NCBI GenBank assembly: GCA_963740765.1
Contig: CAVUFN010000008.1
Coordinates: 392,092 to 456,091 of the forward strand
Source: an uncultured Solirubrobacteraceae bacterium
GTDB taxonomy: Bacteria > Actinomycetota > Thermoleophilia > Solirubrobacterales > Solirubrobacteraceae
Direction: 5' to 3'
DNA: 64,000 nucleotides
This document shows positions 8,520-17,569 of the stretch, piece by piece. The notes under the pieces are model-generated. The model saw only the letters and a list, made by a program, of their open reading frames with translations, had not been told where the DNA came from and searched no databases. Position 1 is the stretch's first letter, and the number at the start of each line of letters is the position of its first letter. A program made the translations under genes and the position numbers.

Positions 8520-9178
8520 AGCCGGTACCCCACCCCTCGCACCGTCTCGAGAGAGCTCCGGCCGAACGGCCGGTCGATCTTGGCCCGGAGCTGCATGATG
8601 ACGACGTCGACGACGTTGGACCGGTTCTCGTACTCCCCATCCCAGGCGTGTTCGAGGAGCACGAAGCGGCTGAGCACCTGGTCGGGGTGGCGCATGAAGA
8701 TCTCGAGCAGGGCGAACTCCTTGCCCGTCAGGGCGATGGCGCTGTCAGCGCGCCACACGCGATGCCCGACCGGGTCCAGTCGCAGGTCTCCGACCGTCAG
8801 CAACGGCGCGTGCTTGATCGGGCCGCGGCGCGAGAGTGCGAGGACGCGGGCCCTCAGCTCGGCCAGCGAGAACGGCTTGCCGAGATAGTCGTCGGCCCCG
8901 GCGTTCAGGCCGTCGACGCGGTCGGGGATGTCCCCGAGCGCGGTGAGCATGATGATCGGGCTCCAGACCTCGTCGGCACGCAGGCGTCGGCAGACCTCCA
9001 TCCCGTCGATGCCGGGGAGGCCGCGGTCGAGCAGGATCGTGTCGTAGGCGGTGGCGCGGGCTCGCCACAGCGCATCCTCGCCGTTCGGTGCCACATCGAC
9101 GGCGTGCCCGACCGCCTCCAGTCCGCGGCGCAGCAGGTTCGCCATCTTGGGCTCGTCCTCGACGACGAGTATCCGCAT
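8507..9178 (-). CDS. OmpR/PhoB-family response regulator
   Basis: MRILVVEDE receiver domain with conserved Asp (ILLDRGLPGIDG), and a C-terminal winged helix (LTGKEFALLE..VRGVGYRL). Confidence 0.92.
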   Translation of the reverse strand: MRILVVEDEPKMANLLRRGLEAVGHAVDVAPNGEDALWRARATAYDTILLDRGLPGIDGMEVCRRLRADEVWSPIIMLTALGDIPDRVDGLNAGADDYLGKPFSLAELRARVLALSRRGPIKHAPLLTVGDLRLDPVGHRVWRADSAIALTGKEFALLEIFMRHPDQVLSRFVLLEHAWDGEYENRSNVVDVVIMQLRAKIDRPFGRSSLETVRGVGYRLCDG

Positions 9179-9187
9179 GGTTGCGTC

Positions 9188-10012
9188 TCAGGATGCCAGG
9201 CCGGCCTTGCGGCGCTCGTAATCGCCGATCAGCGTCCCGAGCAACGCACCCGCGGTGAGGTCGGAGAGGTAGTGGCCGCCGGCGTACATGCGCGAGAAGG
9301 CGATCTCGTCGATCATCCAGTCGTACTCGCTCTGCAGGTGCGGGTCGAGCGGCTCGAGGATCGCCAGCGCGGCGCCCGCGTACACGGTGTGCTTCGACGG
9401 GTACGACTGGCGCACCTGGCCGGAGAACCTCGCCTGGTTGAGTGCGTCGATCGAGGGGTCCGCCTGATAGGGCGACGGGCGCGCGTAGCGCACCTTGGCG
9501 ATGCCCTGGAGCGTGCTGCCGAGATCGAACGACGCGTTGAGGGCGTCCTTCGCGGTCTGCTCCAGCGGGTCGGCGACGAACGTCTCGGTCTGGTTGCGGA
9601 TGGCTTTCCAGGGCTGCTTCTTGCCATGGGATTCGAGCCAGGTCGCAGCGTTGGTGCCTGCAGGATCACGCTGGCCCGAGAGCGCTTTGAGTGTCCTCAG
9701 CTCGGCGTGCTGGGTCGTCGCGCCGGGCGGTATGCCGATGGCTTGCACCGCCCACGCCGAGAACTCCTTGTCACCTGCTGTCGGGTGAGCGTCCAGCCAG
9801 GTCTTCGCCAACTCGTGGCCGCGGGCCTCGGCGCCCTTGAGGGGTCCGTCCACCGGTTGGATCTGCGCATCCGTGAAGAGGACGGGCACCGGTGAGCCGT
9901 GGAAGGCGTCGTCGCGGTTGCTGCCGCTGAGCTTCGCCAGCGCGAGGGCGCCGCCGCCGACGACGAGAATCAGCGTGACCATGAGGATCTTGATGGTTCG
10001 CGCCTTATGCAT
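9188..10012 (-). CDS. PAP2 superfamily phosphatase (membrane-anchored/secreted)
   Basis: N-terminal TM helix. PAP2 signature pieces SYPSKHT and AGGHYLSDLTAGALLG. Confidence 0.75.
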   Translation of the reverse strand: MHKARTIKILMVTLILVVGGGALALAKLSGSNRDDAFHGSPVPVLFTDAQIQPVDGPLKGAEARGHELAKTWLDAHPTAGDKEFSAWAVQAIGIPPGATTQHAELRTLKALSGQRDPAGTNAATWLESHGKKQPWKAIRNQTETFVADPLEQTAKDALNASFDLGSTLQGIAKVRYARPSPYQADPSIDALNQARFSGQVRQSYPSKHTVYAGAALAILEPLDPHLQSEYDWMIDEIAFSRMYAGGHYLSDLTAGALLGTLIGDYERRKAGLAS

Positions 10013-10733
10013 ACGAGAAGTACCTCCGGGCGATCTGCCGGGTGTCGTTGGGAGGGCTGGTCATCCGGGTGAGACCGGTTCCGATCACGTACTTCGAGAG
10101 CGGCACGGGTCGGCTGCCGAAGCGCCGGAGCGCCCGGTCGGCGATCCCGGCACCGCGCGCTGACTTGGTCTCGACGATCACCCAGCCGGCGTCGAGATGC
10201 GCGGAACCGAACGACAGGCCGCGATCGATCGTGACGCGCTCGCCCGCGCCGACCAGCGTGGATCGCGTGTAGACGGTCCGGAGGGCCGGCACGAGATCCG
10301 GGACCGGGCCGAGGTGCTCGGCGAGGAAGTCCTGGCCCGCCGCCGTCAACGTCCCGTGCTCCTCAGCGGCGTAAGCCAGTCGGTGCTTGATCGTCTCGCC
10401 GCGGCGACCCTTGACCTTCAGCTCGAGAGCGCACGTCGCGGAATCCACGTACAGGCGCGTGCGGCACTTGAAGCGTCGGCGGCGCTGCTGAACATGGGCT
10501 CGGGCGGTCATCAGCCGGGCCGTGTCGAAGTAGACGCTGTCGTAGGTGAACTCGCGCCGGCCGTCGATCTCCAGGGCGACATGAGTCGGGGCGAGCTCGT
10601 CCAGCAGGAGATGCAGCGTCGCGAGATCGACGACGTGCTTGCGATCCTCCCTGACCCGCATCGGCGCCCGTGCATCGAGTTCCACCAGGCTCACGGCGTT
10701 CAATCGCTCGAGGCTCACGAGGGAGACGCTCAT
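10005..10733 (-). CDS. VTC-domain (CYTH-like, polyphosphate polymerase-related) protein
   Basis: About 240 aa. Pattern R.EDRKHVV...FTYDSVYFDT....RFKCRTRLY...CALELKVKGRRGETIKHR is typical of bacterial VTC-domain proteins. Overlaps the neighbouring genes by 8 and 4 nt. Confidence 0.7.
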   Translation of the reverse strand: MSVSLVSLERLNAVSLVELDARAPMRVREDRKHVVDLATLHLLLDELAPTHVALEIDGRREFTYDSVYFDTARLMTARAHVQQRRRRFKCRTRLYVDSATCALELKVKGRRGETIKHRLAYAAEEHGTLTAAGQDFLAEHLGPVPDLVPALRTVYTRSTLVGAGERVTIDRGLSFGSAHLDAGWVIVETKSARGAGIADRALRRFGSRPVPLSKYVIGTGLTRMTSPPNDTRQIARRYFSYA

Positions 10734-11329
10734 GAGGTCGGCTCCATCGCCGGCTCGGGCTCCGGCTGACCGATGGGTTGGAGATAGCGGACGGTCACAC
10801 GCGTGATCTCGCGCACGAAATCGGTCTCCTCCACCGCGATGTCGACGACCTCGACCCCGAGTCGGCGCTCGATGGCGGCCTGGAGGGCGACGTCGCCCGT
10901 CACGATCTCATCCAGCGTCACCCGCTGACGAGCCGTCCGCCGGTACAGCGCCGGATGATCCACGAGGTACAGCCCGAGAAGCAGCAGGCCGTCAAGCGCG
11001 ATCGCCAGCTCCTCGTGGGTGAGCCGCAGCCCGTTGGTCAGGGCAAGCACGAGCGCGCAGAAGAAGTACGCGAGATCGGCGTTGCCGAACGGCTCCGAAC
11101 GCAGCCTCACGATCGACAGCATCGCGAAGAGCCCGAAGCCGATCGCCGGCCCGAGATGCTTGTGCGTGATCACCGTGAGCACCACGAACAGTCCGAGGTT
11201 GAAGCTCGCGTAGACCATGAACAGCCCGCGCCGCGGACGCCGGCGGGCAACCATCATCGAGAGCAACCCGATCGACACGAGATCGGCGAACAGCCGAAGC
11301 AGCAGGTTGGCCCAGTCCGATTGCGACAT
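10730..11329 (-). CDS. DUF4956-like membrane protein (usual partner of bacterial VTC-domain proteins)
   Basis: 199 aa with 4 predicted TM helices, then a soluble tail. 4-nt overlap with the VTC gene. Confidence 0.6.
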   Translation of the reverse strand: MSQSDWANLLLRLFADLVSIGLLSMMVARRRPRRGLFMVYASFNLGLFVVLTVITHKHLGPAIGFGLFAMLSIVRLRSEPFGNADLAYFFCALVLALTNGLRLTHEELAIALDGLLLLGLYLVDHPALYRRTARQRVTLDEIVTGDVALQAAIERRLGVEVVDIAVEETDFVREITRVTVRYLQPIGQPEPEPAMEPTS

Positions 11330-11398
11330 CTCGCCGGAAGCTAAGTCGTGGACGTGAGGTGAACGTGAGGTTGGGCGCGGGTGGGCCGGAGAGGCCGG

Positions 11399-11761
11399 CT
11401 AGTCCGGACCAGCCGTCCGCGCCGCGGGACGCCGGACCGCCCGCTCGAGCACCCGCAACGAGCGTGGCGGACCCGGCCACAGTTCGCCGAGCACCCCCGC
11501 GGTCCGCGGGGATCGGAGGAGCCGGCGGAGCACCAACGCGACCACGATCAGATCGTCGAGCTGGCCGACGACCGGCAGGAAGTCGGGGACGAGGTCGATC
11601 GGCGTGAGGAGGTAGCCGATCGCGGCCGCCACCAGCAGCTTCCGCCTGCGCGGGATGCGCCGGTCCCCGAGCAGGCGTTTCAACAGGACGACGCAATCGG
11701 GGATGAAGCCGGCCAGAGCGCGAGCGTCGGTCCGGCGGCCGGCCAGCACGAGAAGGAGCAC
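11399..11761 (-). CDS. DUF1232 (YkvA-like) membrane protein
   Basis: Motif YLLTPIDLVPDFLPVVGQLDDLIVVALVLRRL. 120 aa. Confidence 0.75.
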   Translation of the reverse strand: MLLLVLAGRRTDARALAGFIPDCVVLLKRLLGDRRIPRRRKLLVAAAIGYLLTPIDLVPDFLPVVGQLDDLIVVALVLRRLLRSPRTAGVLGELWPGPPRSLRVLERAVRRPAARTAGPD

Positions 11762-11997
11762 GGCAACGACGTAGACGGCCAGGACGGCGATCGCGGTGTA
11801 GATGAGCCAGCCGACTCGTCGACCCTACTCGCGACCCGCGGTGCAGCGCCGCCGGCTTCTGCTTACAGACGATCGCGCAAGCGCAGGAAGGAGCCGTCTG
11901 TGTCGCGTGGGGGCGGATATATCAACCAGGAGGCGACACGTCGGGGTCTTGGCCGGTGAGCGCACGCTGCCGCCCACGACCGAAGCGGTTGAGACTC

Positions 11998-12032
11998 GGC
12001 GGATTTGGCATCTATTGGATGCCGAATCCGCC
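11998..12032. repeat. 15-bp-stem inverted repeat (hairpin), possible tRNA terminator or protein-binding site
   Basis: GGCGGATTTGGCATC-tattg-GATGCCGAATCCGCC has one T:G (G-U in RNA) position and is otherwise perfect. It lies in a locally AT-richer 430-bp non-coding gap, about 160 nt downstream of the tRNA 3' end. No U-tract follows. Confidence 0.6.
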
Positions 12033-12189
12033 AGGCCGAGCCGGGCAATAGGCGCGCCGCTCGCGGCGGTGCCGCCGCCTGCGCAGGCGCCGTTGGCCGT
12101 GAGCACCGGCGGCCGCTCTTCGGGCACCTCTGGAACCAAACTTGGGAACCAAGCGCAAGTCCGCGAGCAAGATTTGGCTCTACAGAGAG

Positions 12190-12262
12190 TGGGCCGGGGT
12201 GGATTCGAACCACCGCGCGACGGATTATGAGTCCGCTGCTCTGACCGCTGAGCTACCGGCCC
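12190..12262 (-). tRNA. tRNA with CAU anticodon (elongator Met, or Ile2 if lysidinylated)
   Basis: The reverse complement folds as a cloverleaf: GGGCCGG/TA/GCTC-AGCGGTCA-GAGC/A/GCGGA-CTCATAA-TCCGT/CGCGC/GGTGG-TTCGAAT-CCACC/CCGGCCC-A. The G1:C72 pair and an A31:U39 pair instead of a third G:C at the base of the anticodon stem argue against an initiator. CCA is not encoded. Confidence 0.9.
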
Positions 12263-12292
12263 GTGGGCGGGAGGCTACGTGGCTCGGCAGGC

Positions 12293-13840
12293 TCAGCGGG
12301 CGGCAGCGGCGCTGGCCGTCGCCGTGCTCGCCTTCCGCGATCGTGGCGGGAACGGGACGTGCTGGGAGCAGGTCAGGCCGGCGCGCGGCGCGCGCAGCCG
12401 CAGCACGTAGGCGTCGACGGCCCGGTCGACGCAGCGGGAGTTGCCGCCGTAGGCGGTGTGGCCGTCGCCGCGCATGGTGACCAGCGACGAGCGGCCGAGG
12501 GCGGCGACCATGCCTCGGGCGCTGTCGAGTGGCGTCGCCGGGTCGTGGGTGGTGGCGACGACCAGCGGCGTCGGAGCGCTCTCGGACAGGCTGAACGGGC
12601 CGAGGTAGGCGTCGTCGTCGCGCGGGGCGTACTGCGAGTAGGCGAGCCCGGAGTAGCCGACGTTGAAGAAGAAGTGCGGGAAGGACTCGAACGCGGACGC
12701 GCCGGCGGCCTCGTAGGGCTCGAGCTCGCGGGGGAACTGCTGCTCGGACGCGCCGATCATGAAGTAGCGGTCGTAGGTGGACCGGTAGGAGCCGTTGCGG
12801 CGGCGGCCGTAGTCGTCGTCGGCGATCGCGCGGAGCAGGCTGCCGTCACCGCGGCGGGCGGCCAGGGTCAGCGCGACGGTGAGCTCGGGCCAGAACTGCT
12901 TGGCGTACAGGTCGGCGCTGACCGCGAACTGGAACACGTCGCCGTCGACGGGCCGGCGGTTGCCGCGGGTGACGCGGGGGCGGCGGATGCGCAGCGGGTG
13001 AGCCGCCGCTCGCTCTGCGAGCGCGTCGTAGGCGGCCGACGGCGTGTGCCCGCGCGTCCAGGCGCACGCGCGCCGGGCCGCACGCGAGGCGCGGCAGGCG
13101 GCGAAGTAGCGTGAGAGCGCGTCCTCGAAGCCGCCCGACTGGCGGGCCAGGTCCGCGAGCGGGTCGCTGAGGTAGGACACCGGGTCGACGGGGCCGTCGA
13201 GGACCATCGCGCGCACCCGGTCGGGGAACAGGGACGCGTAGGTCGCGCCCAGCAGCGTCCCGTAGGAGAAGCCGACGTAGGTGACCTTGTCGATGCCCAG
13301 CGCGGCGCGCACCGAGTCCAGGTCGCGGGCGACGTTGGCGGTCGACACGTGCGGCGCCAGCCGGGCGTTGCGCGCGGCGCAGCGCTGCGCGTACGCGCCC
13401 GCCGCGGCGACCGCGGCGTCACGGTGGTAGGTCGAGGGCGTCGTGAACGGGTGGTGGTAGAGGCCGGCGCGCTCCTGATTGACGCCGCACGACAGCGCCG
13501 GCTTGGAGGCGCCGGTCCCGCGCGGATCGAAGCCGACGAGGTCGAAGCGATCGCGGAACGCCTTGAGCTGCCGGTAGCCGCCGCGCCGCAGCGTCCTCGC
13601 CACCTCGGCGCCCGGCCCGCCGTAGTTGACGACGATCGTCCCGAGCCGGCGCGCCGGCCGGCGGGCACGGACGCGGGCGACGGCGATCGAGATCCGGCCG
13701 GCGCCCGGGTCGTCGTAGTCGAGCGGGACGCTGACGCGGCCGCAGCGGAATCCGTGCGTGCCGCACCGCTTCAGCGTGACGGCGCTGGCATCGGCGGCGC
13801 CGAGCGCGACCAGCGCCAGCGCCACCACGAGGTATCTCAC
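12293..13840 (-). CDS. secreted alpha/beta-hydrolase, tripeptidyl-aminopeptidase (SlpD/SlpE-like) family
   Basis: Signal peptide from GTG 13840 (VRYLVVALALVALGAADASA). Motifs NYGGPGAE, FDPRGTGASKP, nucleophile elbow GFSYGT, and a C-terminal TAP-like region with GDGHTAYG. The track ORF extends to 13987, but that extension overlaps the neighbouring gene. Confidence 0.8.
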   Translation of the reverse strand: MRYLVVALALVALGAADASAVTLKRCGTHGFRCGRVSVPLDYDDPGAGRISIAVARVRARRPARRLGTIVVNYGGPGAEVARTLRRGGYRQLKAFRDRFDLVGFDPRGTGASKPALSCGVNQERAGLYHHPFTTPSTYHRDAAVAAAGAYAQRCAARNARLAPHVSTANVARDLDSVRAALGIDKVTYVGFSYGTLLGATYASLFPDRVRAMVLDGPVDPVSYLSDPLADLARQSGGFEDALSRYFAACRASRAARRACAWTRGHTPSAAYDALAERAAAHPLRIRRPRVTRGNRRPVDGDVFQFAVSADLYAKQFWPELTVALTLAARRGDGSLLRAIADDDYGRRRNGSYRSTYDRYFMIGASEQQFPRELEPYEAAGASAFESFPHFFFNVGYSGLAYSQYAPRDDDAYLGPFSLSESAPTPLVVATTHDPATPLDSARGMVAALGRSSLVTMRGDGHTAYGGNSRCVDRAVDAYVLRLRAPRAGLTCSQHVPFPPRSRKASTATASAAAAR

Positions 13841-14208
13841 GCCGCCCAGTCCGACCAGCGTGCGACGTCGATGGCGATGAAGGGGCCTGCGGGCGGTGAC
13901 TGCACGTACTGCGCATAGCGCTGACAGAGCAGTTCCACCGGGCCATCCTGACAAATCCGGGCGGTGCCGTCCGCGCGTGCCCACCACAACGAGGACCAGT
14001 CGTCCGAATAGTGGTCGACGAGCAGACTGACTCGCGGGTCGCGGGCGATGTTCTCGAGCCGGCGCAGCTGCCGCGTGCGCTTGGGCTTCGCGTCGACGGC
14101 GGACCAGATGACGTCGCCCTCGAGGGCGAAGCAGATCGGCACCACGTGCGGCCCGGCCGTCGCCAGGCGCGCGACGCGCGCCGACACGAAGCGATCCCGT
14201 GGCGTCAC
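13837..14208 (-). CDS. PPOX-class (pyridoxamine 5'-phosphate oxidase-like) probable F420-dependent enzyme
   Basis: 123 aa from GTG 14208: ARVARLATAGPHVVPICFALEGDVIWSAVDAKPK...LLVDHYSDDWSSLWWARADG. GTGA overlap with the upstream LLM gene. Confidence 0.7.
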   Translation of the reverse strand: MTPRDRFVSARVARLATAGPHVVPICFALEGDVIWSAVDAKPKRTRQLRRLENIARDPRVSLLVDHYSDDWSSLWWARADGTARICQDGPVELLCQRYAQYVQSPPAGPFIAIDVARWSDWAA

Positions 14209-15035
14209 CGGAACGTCTCGATGACCGCGGCGGCGCGATCGAGGCAGTCCTCGACGACGCTCTTCTCGCCGGTGCGGATCATGAACAGGCACTCGTCGAC
14301 GCCCGCCTCCCACAGCCGCTCGACCGGCTCGGGCCGCAGCGGCGCGCCGAAGAACACGACGCGGGGACGGGGGACGCCACCGGCGTCGGCGCGGGTGCGC
14401 AACTCGGTGATGCGCTCGGCGAGCCCCGCCTCGACCATCGGCATCCAGCCGTCCGCATAGCGCAGGATGCGGTCGATGACCCCGCTCCCGTGGCCGCCGA
14501 TCAGGACCGGCAGCGGGTCCTGGATCGGCTTGGGCCAGGACCAGACCCGGTCGAAGGAGACGAACTCGCCGTCGAAGGTGGCGACGTCGTCGGTCCACAC
14601 CGCGCGCATCGCCTCGACGTGCTCGCGCATCATCTTGAAGCGGCGGTCGAAGGGGACGCCATGGTTCTCGGCCTCCGGGACGTTCCAGCCGGCGCCGATC
14701 CCGAGGTCGACGCGACCGCCGGACAGCCAGTCCAGCGACGCGATCGCCTTCGCCGTGAGCAGCGGATCGCGTTGCGCGACCAGCGCGATGCCGGTGCCGA
14801 GCCGGAGCTTCGACGTCGCCTCGGCGATCGCGGCGAGCGCGACGAACGGATCCAGCGTGCGCTTGTACCACTCGGGCAGCTCGGCGCCGGACGGGTGCGG
14901 CGTGTGCTCGACCGGCATGTGGGTGTGCTCGGTCAGGAACACGGACCCGAACCCGCGCTCCTCGATCATGCGCCCGAGCGCGCCCGGCGCGATCGTCTGG
15001 TCGGTGGCGAAGAAGCCGGCCCCGAACCGCATCAC
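14205..15035 (-). CDS. LLM-class (luciferase-like) F420-dependent oxidoreductase
   Basis: MRFGAGFFATDQ...FLTEHTHMPV...LGTGIALVAQRDPL..LDWLSGGRVDLGIGAGW is typical of luciferase-like monooxygenase-family F420 enzymes. Confidence 0.8.
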   Translation of the reverse strand: MMRFGAGFFATDQTIAPGALGRMIEERGFGSVFLTEHTHMPVEHTPHPSGAELPEWYKRTLDPFVALAAIAEATSKLRLGTGIALVAQRDPLLTAKAIASLDWLSGGRVDLGIGAGWNVPEAENHGVPFDRRFKMMREHVEAMRAVWTDDVATFDGEFVSFDRVWSWPKPIQDPLPVLIGGHGSGVIDRILRYADGWMPMVEAGLAERITELRTRADAGGVPRPRVVFFGAPLRPEPVERLWEAGVDECLFMIRTGEKSVVEDCLDRAAAVIETFR

Positions 15036-15865
15036 GCCGCCAGGGTCCAGTAGCCGTCCGTCCCGACGTGCCGCTCCTCGGCCACCCTGCCGAGTGCCTC
15101 ACGCGCCTCGGCGTGCGAGAGCTCGCAGAGCGTCGCGACCTCCTGCGTCGCCAGCGGGAACCGCGCCCAGGTGAGGACCTCCTCCACCGCCGGCGCCGGT
15201 TCGCGGCGGTCGACGCCCGGGACGAGGTTGGCCAGCACGACGTCGTAGGCGGCGAACGGCTGGAAGCCGGGAACGGTGACGCAGGTGCCGTCGCTGATCC
15301 GGGTGATCTCGTACGACGGGCACGTGTAGCGACGCCCGCCCGACCAGTTCGCCAGGCGCGCGTCGAGCACGCGGGCGGCGGACGAGGGCCGCCGGGCCGC
15401 GGCCATGTCCTCGCGCAGCGCGTCCTCGACCCCGTCCGGCGGCAGGTCGTCCAGTCCCGCGTCGGCCTGCGCGCCCGACAGGGTCGCGTCGTCGTCGAGC
15501 AGCTCGCCGGACATGGTCCGCACCCGGAACGCCCGCAGCAGCGCCTCCGCTCGCTCCGGAGCGTGCAGGCGAGCGGCGACCACCGCCCGGCACGCCGGCG
15601 CCGTGGCGTGGTGGCGCGGGCGCTCGTGGGTGGCGATCGGCATGCCGTGATCGCGGGCGATCGACTTCATGCCCTTCGCCAGCGTCGCGGTGCTCACGCC
15701 CTTCTCGTCGTACTCGCCGGGCGACTCGGACAGGACGACCATCCGCGGCACCCACTCGAGCCGGTCGCCGTAGAGCCACTGCAGTCGCCGCTTGAAGGGC
15801 TCGGCACTGAACGCCCACGGGCAGCCCGGGTCGGTGTACTCGCTGATGCGGACGTCGGCGGTCAT
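15032..15865 (-). CDS. DsbA-family thioredoxin-fold protein
   Basis: ATG 15865 gives MTADVRISEYTDPGCPWAFSAEP (CPWA active-site-like CxxC variant). 277 aa. ATGA overlap with the upstream gene. Confidence 0.7.
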   Translation of the reverse strand: MTADVRISEYTDPGCPWAFSAEPFKRRLQWLYGDRLEWVPRMVVLSESPGEYDEKGVSTATLAKGMKSIARDHGMPIATHERPRHHATAPACRAVVAARLHAPERAEALLRAFRVRTMSGELLDDDATLSGAQADAGLDDLPPDGVEDALREDMAAARRPSSAARVLDARLANWSGGRRYTCPSYEITRISDGTCVTVPGFQPFAAYDVVLANLVPGVDRREPAPAVEEVLTWARFPLATQEVATLCELSHAEAREALGRVAEERHVGTDGYWTLAA

Positions 15866-16527
15866 TGCCAACTCGCTGCCCAGTGGTGAACCGCGTAAGC
15901 CTCGGGGAAGTCCTCGCCGGCGCGCTCGGGCTCGGTCCACAGGTACGGGTAGAAGACCCCGGCCTCGAAGATCGTGACGCCGCCGACGGCCTCGATGACC
16001 TCGCTGAGGTAGTACGGGCCGGTCGCGTGCGGGGAGGAGATCCCGGTCCCGAGCCGCTCCCGGACGCCCGCCAGGGCCGCCGCATACACGGGGTGACCGG
16101 GGACGGAACCGAGCACGGCCGTGCCGATGCGGCCGGGCTGCTCCAGCGCGGCGAACGCGTCAACACCGCGCAGCAGCGGCTCGAAGGAGCGCTTGCACTC
16201 GACGTCGGTGTCCACGTACACCCCGCCGATCTGCAGAAGTGCTGAGTAGCGGACGACATTCGAGACCTCGGACAGCGAGCGGGCCTGCTCGTGGTCGGCG
16301 CCGGTGACCCCGAGCGCGGCGATGTCCGCGTCCTGCCACAGGCGCTGCTCCCAGCCGGGGTGGCACTCGGCGAAGCTCGCGCCGTAGACCTCGTACTCGG
16401 CCGGCATCGGAGCGTCCCCGAGCCAGACGCGGTGCAGGATCTGGGGGATCCGGCGCCCGCGGAACCGGTGCTGCCACGGACGGCGGGTCGCCTGAAGATC
16501 CGTCACGCTCGCCAGACTACGCCGCAT
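15862..16527 (-). CDS. GT32-like glycosyltransferase (DXD sugar-binding region)
   Basis: IPQILHRVWLGDAPMP ... GGVYVDTDVEC (DXD). Start is ATG 16527 or GTG 16506. The track ORF start at 16653 is unlikely because the sequence there is antisense to the GH3 signal peptide. Confidence 0.7.
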   Translation of the reverse strand: MRRSLASVTDLQATRRPWQHRFRGRRIPQILHRVWLGDAPMPAEYEVYGASFAECHPGWEQRLWQDADIAALGVTGADHEQARSLSEVSNVVRYSALLQIGGVYVDTDVECKRSFEPLLRGVDAFAALEQPGRIGTAVLGSVPGHPVYAAALAGVRERLGTGISSPHATGPYYLSEVIEAVGGVTIFEAGVFYPYLWTEPERAGEDFPEAYAVHHWAASWQ

Positions 16528-17539
16528 GGGACTGGTGGCGCTGATCGTCGCGCAGGTCGTCGCGGCGTCTCCGACGCCCGGCGATCGGGCCGCTGCCCAG
16601 CTACCGCTGCGCCAGCTCGCGGGCCACGCGATCCTCATGCGCTTCAACGGCAACCCGGCGCCCGACTACGTGTTCACGGCCCTGGAGCGAGGGGAGGCGG
16701 CCGGGGTGATCCTGTTCCGCGACAACGCGACGGACCGCGAGTCCACCCGCGGCCTGACCACCTACCTGCAGCGGAGCGCGGGCGGCCAGGCGATCATCGC
16801 CACCGACCAGGAGGGCGGCGCGATCCGCATCCTCGGCTGGGCGCCGCCGGAGCTCGGGCAGGACCAGCTGGCCACCCCGGCGGCGGCGCGCCAGGCCGCC
16901 AAGGACGCCGCCCGCGAGTTGCGCTACGCCGGGGTCAACCTCAACCTCGCGCCGGTGGCCGACGGCCCCGCGGCGATCATGGCGACCCGCGCCTACGGCG
17001 GTGACCGAGCCCGGCAGGTGGCGGCGGCGGTACGGGCCTACCGGGGGACGGGGGTCGCGCCGACGCTCAAGCACTTCCCTGGTCTCGGTCCGGCCGCCGG
17101 GAACACCGACAAGGTGCGCGTGACCGTCACCGGGCTGCGCCGCGCCGACCTGGAGCCCTTCGCTTCTGGCATCGACGCCGGAGCCCCGGCGGTGATGCTC
17201 TCCAACGCGATCTACCCGCAGCTGGACGCGGGAGCCCTGGCCGGCCAGTCCCGGAAGATCGTCACCGGGCTGCTCAAGGACCGGCTCGGCTTCACCGGCG
17301 TGGCGATGACCGACTCGCTCGAGGCCTACAGCGTGCGCAGCCGCATGAGCATGGAGACGGCGGCGGTGCGCTCGGTCCGGGCCGGCATCGACCTCGTCCT
17401 CACCACCGGGCAGGGCACGCACCTGCGCGCGCTGCGGGCGCTCATGGCCGAGGCGCGGAAGGACCCCGCGTTCAAGCGGCGGCTGCGGGACGCCGCCGGT
17501 CGCGTGCTCAGCCTGCAGGCGCGCGTCGCACGACGGTGA
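16526..17539 (+). CDS. glycoside hydrolase family 3 N-terminal-domain protein (NagZ-like beta-N-acetylhexosaminidase), secreted
   Basis: N-terminal hydrophobic signal, then IATDQEGGAIRIL, KHFPGLG, AMTDSLE motifs. Confidence 0.8.
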   Translation: MGLVALIVAQVVAASPTPGDRAAAQLPLRQLAGHAILMRFNGNPAPDYVFTALERGEAAGVILFRDNATDRESTRGLTTYLQRSAGGQAIIATDQEGGAIRILGWAPPELGQDQLATPAAARQAAKDAARELRYAGVNLNLAPVADGPAAIMATRAYGGDRARQVAAAVRAYRGTGVAPTLKHFPGLGPAAGNTDKVRVTVTGLRRADLEPFASGIDAGAPAVMLSNAIYPQLDAGALAGQSRKIVTGLLKDRLGFTGVAMTDSLEAYSVRSRMSMETAAVRSVRAGIDLVLTTGQGTHLRALRALMAEARKDPAFKRRLRDAAGRVLSLQARVARR

Positions 17540-17569
17540 TCGCCGGGGCTTTGAGAGCCTTGGACGACG

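Noticed and set aside
12190-12262. tRNA-Met as the anchor of an integrated mobile element
   Set aside because: There is no integrase, no duplicated tRNA 3' segment, and no compositional island on either side. The flanking genes look like core metabolic or envelope genes.
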